DNA of 64,000 bases from an uncultured virus (IMG/VR IMGVR_UViG_3300023109_000008). Taxonomy: Duplodnaviria > Heunggongvirae > Uroviricota > Caudoviricetes. A program made the position numbers and the translations under genes. The notes beneath the pieces were generated by a model. It had not been told where the DNA came from and made no database searches. It saw only the letters and a program-made list of their open reading frames with translations. Shown here in pieces: positions 20,192-29,935 of this stretch. Location of the stretch: the IMG/VR virus record IMGVR_UViG_3300023109_000008. One strand, written 5' to 3'. The first letter of the stretch is position 1; each line of letters opens with the position of its first letter.

Positions 20192-21827
20192 AATCGTAAA
20201 CTCTCAAAGATTTTTTGAACGGACGGAACTTTCTTCCCATTTCGTCTTGTGCCTGTTCAAAGTTTTCACCAACATACATTAGTTCGTCTGCACGAAACAT
20301 TGTGTGGAACCAGTAACGCAAAGACCCAGCACTAAGGATCTTTCCTTCGATCATTGCTTCTCTCCAGTGCGCACGATGTTCTTCGACTCGTGATTTCCAG
20401 AAAGGCATCTTGTCTAAGTTATCAAAGAACCGTAGAATGTCTTCGCTCGGTTTCTTTATGTCTGGTAATAGTTTCGTGTTGTTAAAGGTATTCATCCACC
20501 AAGTATAGTCATACATGGTCAACAGTTCTTCATGTGAAAACGAAAAACATGAATTGATAAGATCTTTTCTAACAATCTTTGTTTTATCAACGTTTTCATT
20601 GAAGTTATCATACACCAAGTCTCTATTCCTGTGATAAAACTTAGGATGAACAGAATAGATATTCTCTCTCAGGGCATATGCGGAATGCAACTCCAGTTCA
20701 TACTCTTCTCTATGGTCTAACAAAAGAGGCATATTAGGAACCGCTTCTAATGCATGGAACGCTTGAGTCTCCACACCGTGTCCATGATCTTTGTCTAATG
20801 TGTACAACCACGACTCTGGTGTTTCGCCAGGCAGACCAAGGATCAATTCACTGTGATAAGGAATGTCATTGTCTTTATAGTAATTGAGTAGATATTCCAA
20901 CTGAGATGTTTTGATGTTTGAACGATCATTATATGCCAGTGTCTTTTCTGACCAAGATTGAATACCTAACTTCAGAGGAGTCCAGTGACCACTCTCTGCG
21001 GCAAAGTTATCTTGGAAGAAGATCTTAGAAATCTCTGGTACATATTTGATACTGTTCTTTGCAGTACCACACAAACTGACAAACACATCTTCTCTCTTGT
21101 GATCTCTCATGTACTTTGTCATGTCTAGGTCACGCTCGTACATTCCCCAGTTTGCATCGATGATCTTAATACCTGTCATCGCTTCTGAATCCATGATCAA
21201 GTCGAGTGTCTTGTAGTTGACATCTCCATCATACTTGGAAACCTTACCACCAGTCGCATCTCCCCAGTCGCAATACGCACACTTGAAAGGACAACCACGA
21301 TTGGTTTCTAATACTGCAACAAACTTTTCATCTTTCCGTTTGAGGAACTTATCTAACGTGCCATCCACGTAAGGTGTTGGAGTTTCGTATGTGTAACGCT
21401 TTACATCTTTCTCCAGTTTATACCACTTCTGAGTAAAGTCTGGATACTCTTTCAACAACTGCACAAAGATCTCTTCACCAGAACCTGCGACAAATACATC
21501 CACCCAAGGACGTTCTCCCTCATACTTCAACCACTCAGTGGGAGATACAGGAATGTTCGGGCCACCATACATGATTGTACAGTTCGGATATTTCTCTTTG
21601 TGATCCTTGGCGATTTGATCGACGTGATCTTGCGACCAGACATAACAAGTCAGACCCAAAATTTCACATTCTGGATCTGGTATGTCATCGTATTTGTAGA
21701 TGGGTTCTAAAAATTCGCAGGCAGGTGGATCGTCTCTGTTCTTAACATAAGATTCCAAGACTGCAGAACTATAGGGGATGTAAGGCAAACTTCTTGGGAT
21801 ACTGAATGATCCCATCTGAATTTTCAT
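20169..21827 (-). CDS. Cobalamin-binding radical SAM protein
   Basis: LGLTCYVW, YGGP, GSGE (B12 domain), ETNRGCPFKCAYCDW, LILGLPGET. Confidence 0.88.
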   Translation of the reverse strand: MKIQMGSFSIPRSLPYIPYSSAVLESYVKNRDDPPACEFLEPIYKYDDIPDPECEILGLTCYVWSQDHVDQIAKDHKEKYPNCTIMYGGPNIPVSPTEWLKYEGERPWVDVFVAGSGEEIFVQLLKEYPDFTQKWYKLEKDVKRYTYETPTPYVDGTLDKFLKRKDEKFVAVLETNRGCPFKCAYCDWGDATGGKVSKYDGDVNYKTLDLIMDSEAMTGIKIIDANWGMYERDLDMTKYMRDHKREDVFVSLCGTAKNSIKYVPEISKIFFQDNFAAESGHWTPLKLGIQSWSEKTLAYNDRSNIKTSQLEYLLNYYKDNDIPYHSELILGLPGETPESWLYTLDKDHGHGVETQAFHALEAVPNMPLLLDHREEYELELHSAYALRENIYSVHPKFYHRNRDLVYDNFNENVDKTKIVRKDLINSCFSFSHEELLTMYDYTWWMNTFNNTKLLPDIKKPSEDILRFFDNLDKMPFWKSRVEEHRAHWREAMIEGKILSAGSLRYWFHTMFRADELMYVGENFEQAQDEMGRKFRPFKKSLRVYDYEYTIPH

Positions 21828-21830
21828 AAT

Positions 21831-22472
21831 TTAATCTCTCACAAATAATTTTTCAGCTAACCATCCACCAGTATCCCACTTGTGTAGTCTTACACGTTTG
21901 GAATTCTCGTGGTGATTCTTGTGATACCCTTCTCCAGCAATAAAGAAATTTAACCAAGGGACATTTGCGCCTCCCTCAGTTCGATGTCCGATTGTATTCA
22001 ATAAACCAAATCCGACTTTCGCAAAGATGAATGGAACAAGTGCATATGCCACCCAGAAGTAAGGACTGATTAGAAACGCAACAACGTTATGTGCGATGAG
22101 AATTTTTAAGTGATGATTGTGAAAGAAAACAAGTCTAGGGTTTACAAACAAATCTTTTGCATACTTTGTTGGTATACTTGGGATGTCCCAGATTGTCAAT
22201 AGTACTTTCCAAAACCCTACATGCTTTGCACTGTGTGGGTCTTTGTCTGAATCTGAATGATGGTGATGCATTCTATGTGATGCAATCCAACCAATAGGCG
22301 TCCTAATGTACGCCACAGATAACATAAACAAACCAACCCATTCAAACCAGACAGGGACTTTGAATTGTTTATGACAGTAGTATCGGTGCAACAATATAGA
22401 TGCGCCGAAGTGGGAGATGATTTCACTCCACACTATCCCGATCAGGATTGCAACAACTAGTGTCTCAAACAT
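21831..22472 (-). CDS. Membrane fatty acid desaturase (second paralog)
   Basis: HRYYCH, HRMHH, GEGYHKNHH. Confidence 0.88.
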   Translation of the reverse strand: MFETLVVAILIGIVWSEIISHFGASILLHRYYCHKQFKVPVWFEWVGLFMLSVAYIRTPIGWIASHRMHHHHSDSDKDPHSAKHVGFWKVLLTIWDIPSIPTKYAKDLFVNPRLVFFHNHHLKILIAHNVVAFLISPYFWVAYALVPFIFAKVGFGLLNTIGHRTEGGANVPWLNFFIAGEGYHKNHHENSKRVRLHKWDTGGWLAEKLFVRD

Positions 22473-22477
22473 TTATT

Positions 22478-23056
22478 TCACTTTCTCTCTAATAGATACT
22501 TTGAGAACCATGCTTTATCTCTCTGCATGTTTTTGTATCTTTGGTTAAATAAGTATACCGGCGCATCAGTCTCTTCTAATACAGTTTGGTATGATACGTA
22601 TTTATCTTCTATTGAGTACATGTCGTAGTTTGTATTCTCAAAAATATACTGATCGATTCCTCTTCTGTAAAATAATAGACAATACTCTTCATCCTTGTGA
22701 AATGCCTCAGTTACGTGAGATGCATCCCCATTCCATGAAACTATGGAACTATTCAGAGGAGTATGAAATGGTTCACGCCAATGTGCGTGACACAATGTAA
22801 ACTCATCTCTCAAGAAGTGATTACAATCGCCTTTAATTACAACGTCCAAATCAAAAAAGATGTTTTGACCGTCCTTGTATTTATCAAACATTTGAAGTTT
22901 GTTAAAAACACCACGTTCGTCATCATAGAGATCTTCATCAATACAGACGAACTCATCATACTTCAAACCAGAGTACGTGTCAACCATATGTTTTAGGTTG
23001 TGTTCATACCACTCATCATACTTACTTCCTGTGCGTACGCAAATAATTCTTAGCAT
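22478..23056 (-). CDS. GT-A glycosyltransferase-like protein
   Basis: GSKY, FNKL, FFDLDVVI (DxD), NSSIVSW, GIDQY. Confidence 0.65.
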   Translation of the reverse strand: MLRIICVRTGSKYDEWYEHNLKHMVDTYSGLKYDEFVCIDEDLYDDERGVFNKLQMFDKYKDGQNIFFDLDVVIKGDCNHFLRDEFTLCHAHWREPFHTPLNSSIVSWNGDASHVTEAFHKDEEYCLLFYRRGIDQYIFENTNYDMYSIEDKYVSYQTVLEETDAPVYLFNQRYKNMQRDKAWFSKYLLERK

Positions 23057-23810
23057 CAAATTCCCCTGCACCCCAATACTTTCTAACAATATAGAGGTTT
23101 TGTTTATGCATCATATTATATGAGGCGGCGAAGTGAACCAACTTAACTGATTCAGCAAACTCGTCGCCAAGATAGAACGGTTCAAATGTATTGACCTCAT
23201 CCATCCATTGTTTCTGTATCACTTCCATTTGATCAGAGTCATACTTCCCAAACCATTCTTTTGGAAACCAATGTCTGTTCTCTTGTGCGAACTGGTGAAT
23301 AAAGTTCTGTTCACCATTTACTTTACCGAATGCCAGACCATTCTTCAGATAATATTGTTGCCAAAAATCTGAGTCTGCATTAAATTTCTGCCATATGTGA
23401 TCAGTGTCTCCCTTACGGAACATCTGAAATCCACCGTTGATTGGACAGTCTTCCTGTAGTCTAGACCACCATCTACGCATACATCCGAACTGACCTTCTT
23501 CAAGTTGGTGAGTTAGTATTGGATCGAAGTCTCCAATGACAATCTGATCAATATCCATGATAAGACAATGTTCGCCTTGTGGGATGTCACCAAATTCTGC
23601 GGAATGAAACTCCACCTTGTTCCACTGAAGTAGAAACTTCATGAACGGATTGTAAATTACTTCTACGTCTTCTATTAGACCTTCTGGATCATCTGTGTAA
23701 CAGTACATCTTAAAAGGAGCGGTTGAGTTGTCTTTAAGAGACAAATATAATTTATTCACGTATTGTGAACTATATTTTTTCCCAACCTTTAGTGTTAAGA
23801 TGTGCATCAT
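23022..23810 (-). CDS. GT-A glycosyltransferase-like protein
   Basis: GKKYSSQYV, WNKV, MDID, INGGF, NGEQNF, LVHF. Confidence 0.65.
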   Translation of the reverse strand: MMHILTLKVGKKYSSQYVNKLYLSLKDNSTAPFKMYCYTDDPEGLIEDVEVIYNPFMKFLLQWNKVEFHSAEFGDIPQGEHCLIMDIDQIVIGDFDPILTHQLEEGQFGCMRRWWSRLQEDCPINGGFQMFRKGDTDHIWQKFNADSDFWQQYYLKNGLAFGKVNGEQNFIHQFAQENRHWFPKEWFGKYDSDQMEVIQKQWMDEVNTFEPFYLGDEFAESVKLVHFAASYNMMHKQNLYIVRKYWGAGEFDAKNYLRTHRK

Positions 23811-25144
23811 GTTACTACTGGAACCTTTGTTACCTTTTCAAATTCTTTTGCATCTCGTTCATTATTCACGATAGGTTTACCCTTTATGTTAAGTGATGTG
23901 TTTAGTAACATAGGGCATTTAGTTTTTTCGTACCACGCTTCTAGGACTCTACGCATGTTGCTTCCATCATCTTTAACGACTTGGACTCTAGACGTACCAT
24001 CAACATGCATCACCCCTTGGTAATCATGTTCTGCATGAGAGACATATTGCATGTACTCATTCATAGGGCCAGTAAAATACTCAGAAGCATATTCTTCTAG
24101 TATCGCTGGCGAAAACGGTCTATAACCTTGTCTATTTTTAACCTTATTAACCACGTCCTTGATATTGTCCACTCTAGGATCGGCCAAGAGAGAACGATTA
24201 CCAAGAGCACGAGGGCCAAATTCTGCTTTACCATTTGCTACTCCACATGTTTTATATTGTACCAGATTTTGTACTACTTTGGCAACATCTAATTCGCCTT
24301 TTATTTCATGACCAAGGAACATGTTATCAATCTGCAAAGTTCTGTACGGGCCAAGTTCTAGTGCAGATATCGCTGCACCCAAAGAACTGCCACCATCTGA
24401 TGGGTTTGGGAAGATCCACATATCATCAAACATTCTTTTAATCTTCGTGTTCGCAACACAGTTTAGTGCAACCCCACCACTATAACAAAGATAGGGAGAG
24501 TAAGAACGTGCTTTCTCCATGATCTTCAGGATTTCATCTTCAAGTATTCTTTGGGCGGATGCGGCGATATCTTCTTTACGACCCTCACCAAAGTCATATC
24601 CCTTATGATAGTACAAATAGGGATCAAAGTCATATTTGTTTCTGTCACCCATCGCTGCGAGACACATTGTGATAAACTCGTCTTCATTTGGTTTAAGTCC
24701 AATGTGACGTGTTATCGCAGAGTAGAAAAGTCCCAGTGATGTAGGGTACTTCATACTCCAAACCTTTTTCTTTCTCCACCAGATAGATGCAGTGTCCCAC
24801 TCACCAATCGCATCAATAACAACGCAGACTGGTTCCTTTAAAGCAAAGGGACGAGTGTAATAAGATGCAGACGCATGTGACCAGTGATGGGGAACCGTGA
24901 AGTCATACTTACCACGTTTCTTCCAAGACTGACCTGCATATAATCTTCTGGTATTTTTTAGGAAAGGTTTTTCATAGAATACAGTTACGCCTTCTGTCTC
25001 AGGCATATCAGGGTGTAGGTGTTTATCATTCTTTATGCGAGAATATCTTTCCGCATGACCTGCATAGACAATCTTACCATCTTTGATAATAGTCTTACAG
25101 GCGTCATGGAATCCTTCTGAGATTCCAGTTACCACATCAAACAT
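23807..25144 (-). CDS. Carbamoyltransferase (second, divergent paralog)
   Basis: EGFHDA, HHWSHA, IDAIGE, SGGVALNC, EFGPRALGNRS, HVDGTSRVQ, NTSLN. Confidence 0.93.
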   Translation of the reverse strand: MFDVVTGISEGFHDACKTIIKDGKIVYAGHAERYSRIKNDKHLHPDMPETEGVTVFYEKPFLKNTRRLYAGQSWKKRGKYDFTVPHHWSHASASYYTRPFALKEPVCVVIDAIGEWDTASIWWRKKKVWSMKYPTSLGLFYSAITRHIGLKPNEDEFITMCLAAMGDRNKYDFDPYLYYHKGYDFGEGRKEDIAASAQRILEDEILKIMEKARSYSPYLCYSGGVALNCVANTKIKRMFDDMWIFPNPSDGGSSLGAAISALELGPYRTLQIDNMFLGHEIKGELDVAKVVQNLVQYKTCGVANGKAEFGPRALGNRSLLADPRVDNIKDVVNKVKNRQGYRPFSPAILEEYASEYFTGPMNEYMQYVSHAEHDYQGVMHVDGTSRVQVVKDDGSNMRRVLEAWYEKTKCPMLLNTSLNIKGKPIVNNERDAKEFEKVTKVPVVT

Positions 25145-25146
25145 TT

Positions 25147-25851
25147 TTAATCCATCCAGTGAAAGATTTCTTCCGGCTTAGGTTTATCTTCACCTTTGTT
25201 TTTGAAGAATACTTTATTATAAAGGTAACGATCATTAAGTTCAGTATGAGGATACCCAATACTTACTGACACTGCAGGTTGTGACTTACACCATGTAAAC
25301 TCTTCGACCAATGCACGTGAGTTGATACACCCAGTGTAACTAACATTCAGACCCTCATCTACACATACACCACCCAACAACGCAGCGAACATACCAATCT
25401 CCATCTTGGATGCGCCACTGTCATAGTTTTTGATGTCCTCATAGTTCATCTCGTGTTGACCTTCAAGATAGTCTTGAACTAGTTTGTTTGGTTTTGGTTT
25501 ACGTGGTGAGAATACAAGAACCCACGGCGCAAACAATTGACTGTTACCATTCGGGAATCTTTTTTGTTTATCAAAGAAACGTTCATGTTTCTCTAATCTC
25601 TCCATTCGGTAGAACTGTCTCTTCTCAGGATCAGCGTACTCTACCGTACTTGCCAGTTCATAGAACCGTCTTTTGATATCATAATCATCAGGGCCAAAAA
25701 TATGACACTGATACGGCATCAAGTTCTGTTTTGACATGACAATTTCATGAGTCTTGAGTAGACACTTTTCAATTAGTTCTTTATCAGGAACTTCGTTTTG
25801 ATCAAAGTAACGTGTTTGATTTCGATCTGCATACGTTGTTGCAACAGACAT
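25147..25851 (-). CDS. Nitroreductase-like protein
   Basis: RNQTRYF, SKQNLMPY, GLNVSYTGC, SIGY. Confidence 0.6.
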   Translation of the reverse strand: MSVATTYADRNQTRYFDQNEVPDKELIEKCLLKTHEIVMSKQNLMPYQCHIFGPDDYDIKRRFYELASTVEYADPEKRQFYRMERLEKHERFFDKQKRFPNGNSQLFAPWVLVFSPRKPKPNKLVQDYLEGQHEMNYEDIKNYDSGASKMEIGMFAALLGGVCVDEGLNVSYTGCINSRALVEEFTWCKSQPAVSVSIGYPHTELNDRYLYNKVFFKNKGEDKPKPEEIFHWMD

Positions 25852-25862
25852 GTAGTTCTCCT

Positions 25863-26675
25863 TTACATATTCATATAGTGATCATAAACAATATCAGATA
25901 TCATTTGGTGACCTTTCAAATTAGGATGACCATCCCATGATTTTCTAAAAGCCTGCCCACCTTTATAAATGTATTTATTATGATAACCCATCACATATTC
26001 TGGATGGTTCCTTGTGAAGAAACTGAACATGTTGTCGTAAGTCTTTTCAGATATGCCATCTTCCTTACCAAAGAGTATTGTTTGCGCAGTTGGTTTGAAC
26101 ATGCAGAATAGTGATTTATCAACATGACGGAACAACGAAATATTTTCAATGTAGTCTTCACCCATAGCATTCATATTCTTTGAAAACAAAAAGTCCAGTT
26201 CTCCAGTTTTAACCGCCTTGATTCTCACGTTGAAAGGCAACAGAGGTTGTGTAAAGATCAGAGGAATACCCTTTGCCTTACACAAGTTGTCAATCGCAAT
26301 GATATACGAAGAGGTTGTATCTACGTAGTATAACATAGAATAGTATGCAATGTAAAGCTTTGAATAGGGATTATCTTCATCCCAACAGTTTTTTGGTTTA
26401 AATGTTTTTGTTCTGTCGTACATTCCAGAACCCTTTAGACCATAGTCTGAGTACGGAAGTTCAAACCTGTCCCAGTTTGTCAGAGATATGACACATAGTT
26501 CAACGTCTTGCGTTGTCAGTGCCCATATCGCATTACGGAACATATAAGAGTTGGACTCGCCTTCGTGAGATACATTGAGTAATTCCATACCCAGTTTCTC
26601 TGCAAGTTGTTCAGACCAAGGTTTATCACCGTCATATCTCTTTACGGTAAAACTATCACCCAGTGTTAGTAACAT
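25863..26675 (-). CDS. SGNH/GDSL hydrolase-like protein (third paralog)
   Basis: LGDSFT, GESN, DGHPNLKGH. Confidence 0.75.
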   Translation of the reverse strand: MLLTLGDSFTVKRYDGDKPWSEQLAEKLGMELLNVSHEGESNSYMFRNAIWALTTQDVELCVISLTNWDRFELPYSDYGLKGSGMYDRTKTFKPKNCWDEDNPYSKLYIAYYSMLYYVDTTSSYIIAIDNLCKAKGIPLIFTQPLLPFNVRIKAVKTGELDFLFSKNMNAMGEDYIENISLFRHVDKSLFCMFKPTAQTILFGKEDGISEKTYDNMFSFFTRNHPEYVMGYHNKYIYKGGQAFRKSWDGHPNLKGHQMISDIVYDHYMNM

Positions 26676-27372
26676 CTTCGCCCACCCATTTTATAACTTC
26701 TTCGATGTCTGGTTTAACATCCCATCCATCCATGTTCCATTCAGTGAGGCACTCGTGTCTATATTTTGCAGCGTACCCTGCACTCATCATAACGATAGGA
26801 CGATACTCAACATGATCAAGTCCTGCCGAACGCCAGATAGCGGGATCTCTGAGGAAACAAGAATTGTAAGAAACGTCTATGTCGTGTTCCAGAAGTGCAG
26901 CGGTAAGGTTAGATAAGAATAGTCCACAGTCAACTGCCACAGAATCCACCAGTCTTTCGACTAGATCTGGATACATCTGATCTGCAAAGTGACCTCTTTC
27001 TATTTGATGTGCGTAGAACCTATTCGCTTTCTTTGCCACTCTACTGTGGAGAACAAACAAATAGGGATTGAGTTTTACATGTTCGTAGAAAGGATTTGGT
27101 TCACCCTTCTGAGTAAACTCTATTCTACCATCTCGTTGTGCACGTTCTTCTGCACGAATATGATTCTTCAGAACAAGGTTCCAGATAACCTCTTTCTCTT
27201 CGTGTTTATCAGGCCCATAAACGTCCACACGATATGCCATAAAGTTGTTTTTAGAAGGAGATGTTTTCCACGCTTTCCATAGACAGTCCTCAACGATTTC
27301 CCTTGGAGGCACCTTTGTCATATATTCTCTAACGTGTCTACGTTTTTCTTCGATCAGATCAAAAAGACTCAT
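26656..27372 (-). CDS. Nitroreductase-like protein
   Basis: RRHVREY, SPSKNNFMAY, DVSYNSC, SAGY. Confidence 0.65.
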   Translation of the reverse strand: MSLFDLIEEKRRHVREYMTKVPPREIVEDCLWKAWKTSPSKNNFMAYRVDVYGPDKHEEKEVIWNLVLKNHIRAEERAQRDGRIEFTQKGEPNPFYEHVKLNPYLFVLHSRVAKKANRFYAHQIERGHFADQMYPDLVERLVDSVAVDCGLFLSNLTAALLEHDIDVSYNSCFLRDPAIWRSAGLDHVEYRPIVMMSAGYAAKYRHECLTEWNMDGWDVKPDIEEVIKWVGEDVTNTG

Positions 27373-27485
27373 TAATCATCCTCGTAAATAAATTCATCAT
27401 CAGTTTCTTTCTTAGATACTTTATAATACCAACCCACAAAATATGTTTTGATATTATAATAATAGTCAATAATTAACGACTTCAT
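27372..27485 (-). CDS. 37-aa micropeptide with FIYE motif
   Basis: Hand translation MKSLIIDYYYNIKTYFVGWYYKVSKKETDDEFIYEDD; stop overlaps next start (TAATG). Confidence 0.6.
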   Translation of the reverse strand: MKSLIIDYYYNIKTYFVGWYYKVSKKETDDEFIYEDD

Positions 27486-28509
27486 TTCTTAGATTGCTCC
27501 CACACTTTTTATTACAAGAACGTAAAGATCTTCTAAACCACCTGTCTTCAATCGAGTCAAGGTTTTCTCTGTAAGACTTCATCACTTCAAATATGGTATA
27601 CTTATTGAGATCGTACTTGACGTTATTTTCATCCAACCAAGTTGTGAAGTTCATCTCATCGTTCTTACTACGGAATTCTGGATTGTATTCGTTCTTAAAG
27701 AGATCTTGGTGAACGTGACAACAGGGAATCAATTGTCCCTTTGGAGTCACATACATTTTCTTCTGTCCAAGTGCCTTACAAGAGACAACATGTTCAACAA
27801 CACCTCTCTTGATCGTATCCGCTTGGAACTCTGGTCTCTTAGTTGCAGTTACTGATTTGGTAACTGTCTCAGACTTTGACGACTTCTTATATTCTTTCTT
27901 TGCAGTTGTCGAACCTTTTTCTAGTTGTCTAGAAGTCTTTTTGAAAGCAAAGTTATCAAACCCAAGTTTCCTTGCCATGTCTCTGGCTTCTTCTACTTGG
28001 TGTTCATTGTGGTTGAAAACAATAAAGATCCAACGTGCAATACCACCACCTGCCATGAATGCTTTTGCATTTTCAATGATCTTTTCGAAGTTGGTGTTGG
28101 TTCTGTAGATGTGGTTTGTATCACTCAGTCCATCAAGTGCAAAGTTCACTATCATATTATTAGGAAGTCCACCCAACTCTTTCCAGAATTGAGTGGATCT
28201 CATAGAACCATTTGTGTCGAACTGTTGTGCATCTACTGTAGATTTGGATACCATCTCTGCAATGTCAAACACCTTTGGATGGGCCATCGGATCACCGTAG
28301 TTACCACAATACTGCCACTTCTTAATTGGCCACCCAAGACATTCTTCTATCACATCCAGAGATATATCCAATGGGCCTGAGTTATAAACTTCTTTACCCA
28401 ACCCGCCTGGATATGTGCCCGTACGTGGACACAATGTACATGCAGCATTACATCTATTGGTAATCTCAGAGTCCATCTTTTTTAAATTGAACTGATTATC
28501 AATTATCAT
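27466..28509 (-). CDS. Radical SAM protein with SPASM/twitch domain
   Basis: CNAACTLC, GNYGDP, DTNGS, VSC...GQLIPCC...CNKKC. Confidence 0.88.
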   Translation of the reverse strand: MIIDNQFNLKKMDSEITNRCNAACTLCPRTGTYPGGLGKEVYNSGPLDISLDVIEECLGWPIKKWQYCGNYGDPMAHPKVFDIAEMVSKSTVDAQQFDTNGSMRSTQFWKELGGLPNNMIVNFALDGLSDTNHIYRTNTNFEKIIENAKAFMAGGGIARWIFIVFNHNEHQVEEARDMARKLGFDNFAFKKTSRQLEKGSTTAKKEYKKSSKSETVTKSVTATKRPEFQADTIKRGVVEHVVSCKALGQKKMYVTPKGQLIPCCHVHQDLFKNEYNPEFRSKNDEMNFTTWLDENNVKYDLNKYTIFEVMKSYRENLDSIEDRWFRRSLRSCNKKCGSNLRNEVVNY

Positions 28510-29914
28510 AATAAGGATCCTTGAAATGGTTTTTCCACTCTGGAAAGAAATTCAAGATGTTATCATTACGATGTTTATCTCTACGTGTGATATGGTTGAT
28601 CATCTTCTTGTACTTGTCTTCTTTGAAATCACGTTGTTCCAGAGTTTCAATCGCCTTTGTGCAAAGGTGGATCATCTCGTACGGTAGACTATAATATCTG
28701 TCCAGATAGAAATCCACGACATCATCTGGAATACAGTGTGCAGTAAACCATTTTGGTCTTGATACAGATGAGAAGTTTGGCATGACATCTGAGAACTGTG
28801 CCGCCCCATCGATGATCTCATGTACATATCCTATTGTTATTGGATTTAGTGTGCAAGTTGGCAACACTTGTAACTGAGGGATCTTCGCCATCATTTTCAT
28901 GTTACGATGTACTTCATCCCACTTTGATGGGTAACGAATGTAATCATTCTTCTCACCCCATAACTCCATAGAACATTTGTACGCAATTGATTTAAAGTTG
29001 CGTAGAAGGTCTCGCACGTATTCCATACGTGGATATCCATAGTTGTTTGTGAAGATGATAAGTTCTTTATCCTTCGCCTTGCCTGTTTTGACAAGATGTT
29101 CTAACAATTGAATATTTTGTTTTTGAAGGAAAGTTTCTCCACCGATAAGTTTGATACGTACTGCACGATCAATAATGCCCCAGTACTGATCTTCATCGAT
29201 GTAGTTGTCTTGATATCGAATCAAAGGTGGGGTAAAGGGTGGTTCAATACCTGTACGCAATGTTACACGTTCTTTAATACCCTTTGCATCTATCTCACCC
29301 AGTGCCATCTGTTCTTCTGCAACAGAAGACGAGTCCTCTACAGAACACATTAGACACTGAAGGTTACAATAGTTTCCCCACACTTTGAGTTCAACCGTGT
29401 GAAGTTTTTCTGGTAGCCCAATATTCCCATCGCCAGTTTCTTTGACTTTACTAACGAGTTTACCCATCTCGTCTTTTGTTTGGGTGTTTCTGTTTGCAGA
29501 TCTATTATAGGACTCTCGCAGGGAAGGAAACCCACGATGTTCTGTTTGAATACATCTAACACACGTCTTCAGAGTTCTTTCACGATCCTTGTGGCCACCA
29601 ACCATCTCTTCACGAAGTTTGGTGAACTCTGGTTCGTTGTAAAGTTCTTCAAAGGTTGCTTGGGAAATATGTTTCTTCACACTCATACTTGTATTACAAC
29701 AAATATGCTGGAATCCATATGTTGGCATGTACATATGAACCCAAGGCTGGGAGCAGAAGAAATCACCTTTATCTTTGATGACTTCATCTAACATATAGTT
29801 CAGATCAGGTTCACCCTTCTTGAAGTAATCATGGGGAGTAGACGCATACGCATCAGCATCATGATCTTTCAGAGCGATAAGATCTGGTTTTTCTTTTTCA
29901 GTTTTAATTTTCAT
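28499..29914 (-). CDS. Radical SAM protein with N-terminal twitch/SPASM domain
   Basis: FCSQPW...ICC...CVRC, then CNLQCLMC, LIGGETF. Confidence 0.88.
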   Translation of the reverse strand: MKIKTEKEKPDLIALKDHDADAYASTPHDYFKKGEPDLNYMLDEVIKDKGDFFCSQPWVHMYMPTYGFQHICCNTSMSVKKHISQATFEELYNEPEFTKLREEMVGGHKDRERTLKTCVRCIQTEHRGFPSLRESYNRSANRNTQTKDEMGKLVSKVKETGDGNIGLPEKLHTVELKVWGNYCNLQCLMCSVEDSSSVAEEQMALGEIDAKGIKERVTLRTGIEPPFTPPLIRYQDNYIDEDQYWGIIDRAVRIKLIGGETFLQKQNIQLLEHLVKTGKAKDKELIIFTNNYGYPRMEYVRDLLRNFKSIAYKCSMELWGEKNDYIRYPSKWDEVHRNMKMMAKIPQLQVLPTCTLNPITIGYVHEIIDGAAQFSDVMPNFSSVSRPKWFTAHCIPDDVVDFYLDRYYSLPYEMIHLCTKAIETLEQRDFKEDKYKKMINHITRRDKHRNDNILNFFPEWKNHFKDPYYDN

Positions 29915-29935
29915 AATATAGGAAGGTTCTTCCGT

